Source: Promethearchaeota archaeon (GTDB lineage: Archaea > Asgardarchaeota > Lokiarchaeia > Sigyniarchaeales > SOKP01). Taken from it: 64,000 nt of DNA. Position numbers and translations under genes: made by a program. A model generated the notes under the pieces. It searched no databases, was not told the DNA's origin, and saw nothing but the letters and a program-made list of their open reading frames with translations. The DNA lies in assembly GCA_019058295.1 (NCBI GenBank), contig JAHPZI010000001.1, forward strand, positions 32,001-96,000, written 5' to 3'. This document shows positions 61,724 to 64,000 of the stretch, one piece after another (position 1 is the stretch's first letter; each line of letters opens with the position of its first letter).

Positions 61724-63277
61724 TTATTTTTCTGAAGTCACAATAAGATCTTCCTGAGGTGGGGTGAATATTGGAGTACCATTAACAACTTTTTCGATAT
61801 TTTTTTGTCCATCCATTTGTTTTAATTCGTCAGAAATGACGTGGTGTGACATTCCCATAGTATGGAGCATCGAAAGACCCCCTTTAATTCCTTGTGTACC
61901 CAATCGAAATATACATTTAAGCATCCAATTGAACTTACCGAATGGATTGAGATACTCCTTTGCTCTTCTTTTCATCCAAGCTCCGTCTAAATAATAATAA
62001 GAATAGGCTTCTGCAACTAAACGATACATTTCTATATTTGTTAGTTGTTCAGTACGCATCATAGGATGAAATAGGTCGTAGTTTTTATAATTATGGGTAG
62101 TAATCATTCCTTTTAATTTCATCTCGTCGTAAAAAGGAGTTCCGGGGAAGGCAGTTATTGGAGTAAATTGCACGCAATCCATATCAAGTGATTTAGCATA
62201 TTGGATATTTTGTCGTACCATTGTCTTAGTTTCACCTGGAAAGCCAATTATTACTCCTCCAAAAATCGATATACCTCTATCTCTTAGCATTTTTATTACT
62301 TTTCTTACCATGGTAGGAGTTAAGTTTTTCTTATTCATCGCATTAAGACTTTTTTGATGAACAGATTCAACTCCAAGGAAAACTTGCCCAAAATTTGCTT
62401 TATCTAAAAGATCTATTAACCATTGGTTGTGATATAAGGTGTCGACGCGAGATTGACAACTAAATTGCATTTTATTATTAACTCCTGACCGTATGATCGC
62501 ATCTAATATTTTTTTGGTACGTTTAACATTAATAGTAAAATTATCCTCACAGAAGAATATAAAATTATTTCGCCAATCCACATCGTAGACTTCTCTCATA
62601 ATTCTTAGTAAGCTTTTAGTTCGATATACAATATGTTGAGTTGGATCCTTCCACATTTTAATAATACAGCAAAACTTACAGTTATGCGGACAACCCCTTG
62701 AAGTTTCTACTTGTTGAGTAGTTGTACCTATATAAGAGTAAACTTTACCCTTTAGAAGATCTCGGCGTGGTAAGGGAAAATTGTCTAAATCACATTCTAA
62801 TTTTCTCTCGTTGTTATGAATTACATTCCCTTCTTTATTTTTATAAGAGAGACCATCAATATCTTTTAAGGAAATATTATTTCTATTGCCATCAATATAA
62901 TCTATAATTTCTTTAAATGTATGCTCTCCTTCTCCTCTAACGGTATAATCTACAGCAGGATGTTGAGCTACATACTCTGGAACTAATGTTGGGTGATATC
63001 CTCCAAGAATTGTAGTACAGCCATGTTCTTTAGCCATTTCAGCTACCTCAAAAGCATGATAAATTTGAGGAGTCATACTAGTTATAGCAACTACATCATA
63101 TCGATTTAATTCGCGACGGAATCGTTTTTCTCGGTATTTATCAACTTTGAAATCAAATAATTTTGCGTCATGTTCAGGAACCATAGCCGCAATTGAAATA
63201 AGACTTAATGGGGCTCCTTTAATTATTGAATCAAGTCCAGATTCTAATTTCGCCGGATTAACATATAAAATTTTCAT
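61724..63277 (-). CDS. Cobalamin-binding radical SAM protein
   Basis: GGYHPT, RGEGE, TSRGCPHNCKFC, GVES, IIGFPGET. Confidence 0.92.
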   Translation of the reverse strand: MKILYVNPAKLESGLDSIIKGAPLSLISIAAMVPEHDAKLFDFKVDKYREKRFRRELNRYDVVAITSMTPQIYHAFEVAEMAKEHGCTTILGGYHPTLVPEYVAQHPAVDYTVRGEGEHTFKEIIDYIDGNRNNISLKDIDGLSYKNKEGNVIHNNERKLECDLDNFPLPRRDLLKGKVYSYIGTTTQQVETSRGCPHNCKFCCIIKMWKDPTQHIVYRTKSLLRIMREVYDVDWRNNFIFFCEDNFTINVKRTKKILDAIIRSGVNNKMQFSCQSRVDTLYHNQWLIDLLDKANFGQVFLGVESVHQKSLNAMNKKNLTPTMVRKVIKMLRDRGISIFGGVIIGFPGETKTMVRQNIQYAKSLDMDCVQFTPITAFPGTPFYDEMKLKGMITTHNYKNYDLFHPMMRTEQLTNIEMYRLVAEAYSYYYLDGAWMKRRAKEYLNPFGKFNWMLKCIFRLGTQGIKGGLSMLHTMGMSHHVISDELKQMDGQKNIEKVVNGTPIFTPPQEDLIVTSEK

Positions 63278-63424
63278 TTAAATACTCATTCAATCAATGA
63301 AAAATTTTTAGGATTAATTTTATTTATCGGAGGAATTAATTGATAAAAAATTAAGAAATCTCTTATTTTCATTGTTAAGTTTATTGAATTTAAATTGATT
63401 TATAAACTTACACATAATAAATCT

Positions 63425-64000
63425 TTATTTTTCCAAGAAATAAGATACTAAAATATTTTTAATTTCTTCGAAATGACCTAAATGTACCTTTAAAAGATCA
63501 GCTAAAGATTCACGAAGACCTACTTTTTCCATTCTTTCTGTAATCTTAAAATATGGTGTTTCTTTTAATTTTTTGACTAATAATTTGTGTTTTTCACTCC
63601 CTTCTAAAAGGAATTCAATCGGATTTATTTCTTCAACCCCTAACATTTTTTGAATGAATGACAACAACATTGTATCAAATGTTAATCTCATTATCACTTC
63701 TTTATCGAAATCGGCTTTTTTAGAGAATAAATAATTCTTAAGAAGGGAAATTGACTGTTTAAACATTTCTATTGAGTCAAAACCAAGTTCTTTAATTTTT
63801 TCGTTGAAGGCTCGATTTTCTGTAACTCTTAAGCATACTGCCGCAAATGTTTGATATTCCGCTACAAAATGAATAAATCGAGCTTTAGCATTAAGCATCG
63901 TATCTTTTGATTTTTCCTCGTCTATTAATTCTCCTAAATTATCAAGAGATTTTCTGAAATAAGTCGCAATATCGTTAAATTTGTTTGCTGCAGCTTCATA
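63425..64000 (-). CDS. Helical hypothetical protein (5' end beyond the window)
   Basis: Frame stays open from 63898 to the window end (YEAAANKFNDIATY...). Confidence 0.65.
   Translation of the reverse strand, partial: YEAAANKFNDIATYFRKSLDNLGELIDEEKSKDTMLNAKARFIHFVAEYQTFAAVCLRVTENRAFNEKIKELGFDSIEMFKQSISLLKNYLFSKKADFDKEVIMRLTFDTMLLSFIQKMLGVEEINPIEFLLEGSEKHKLLVKKLKETPYFKITERMEKVGLRESLADLLKVHLGHFEEIKNILVSYFLEK

Overview
Low-GC archaeal chromosomal segment whose gene content points to an Asgard archaeon, probably Lokiarchaeia/Promethearchaeota (inference): four small Ras-superfamily GTPases, longin-domain proteins, and surface proteins with an Asp-rich linker plus C-terminal TM anchor. No rRNA, tRNA, CRISPR array, integrase or transposase was recognised. 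The most striking structure is a ~12.6 kb AT-rich island (739-13379) bounded by a 43-bp imperfect direct repeat that duplicates the 5' end of a methyltransferase gene. It holds two TPR proteins with C-terminal HEPN-like RxxxxH motifs. These flank a five-gene operon: GT4 glycosyltransferase, radical SAM/SPASM, WG-repeat/O-methyltransferase, nucleotidyltransferase/phosphatase and P-loop kinase. The operon is transcribed divergently from a CARF-wHTH regulator, and the shared intergenic region has a GC-rich structured leader and two operator-like palindromes. This is a candidate undescribed nucleotide-signalled chemical-defence or biosynthetic system. Other highlights are a TM-receptor-longin / Rag-like GTPase / longin cluster, a Rab-like GTPase triplet with visible duplication scars, several genes that seem to need ATA/ATT starts, a protein with an H1-like Lys/Pro/Ala tail, a HEPN-MNT toxin-antitoxin pair and a GH57/maltokinase/MFS alpha-glucan locus. 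All family calls come from motif recognition by eye; no database searches were run.
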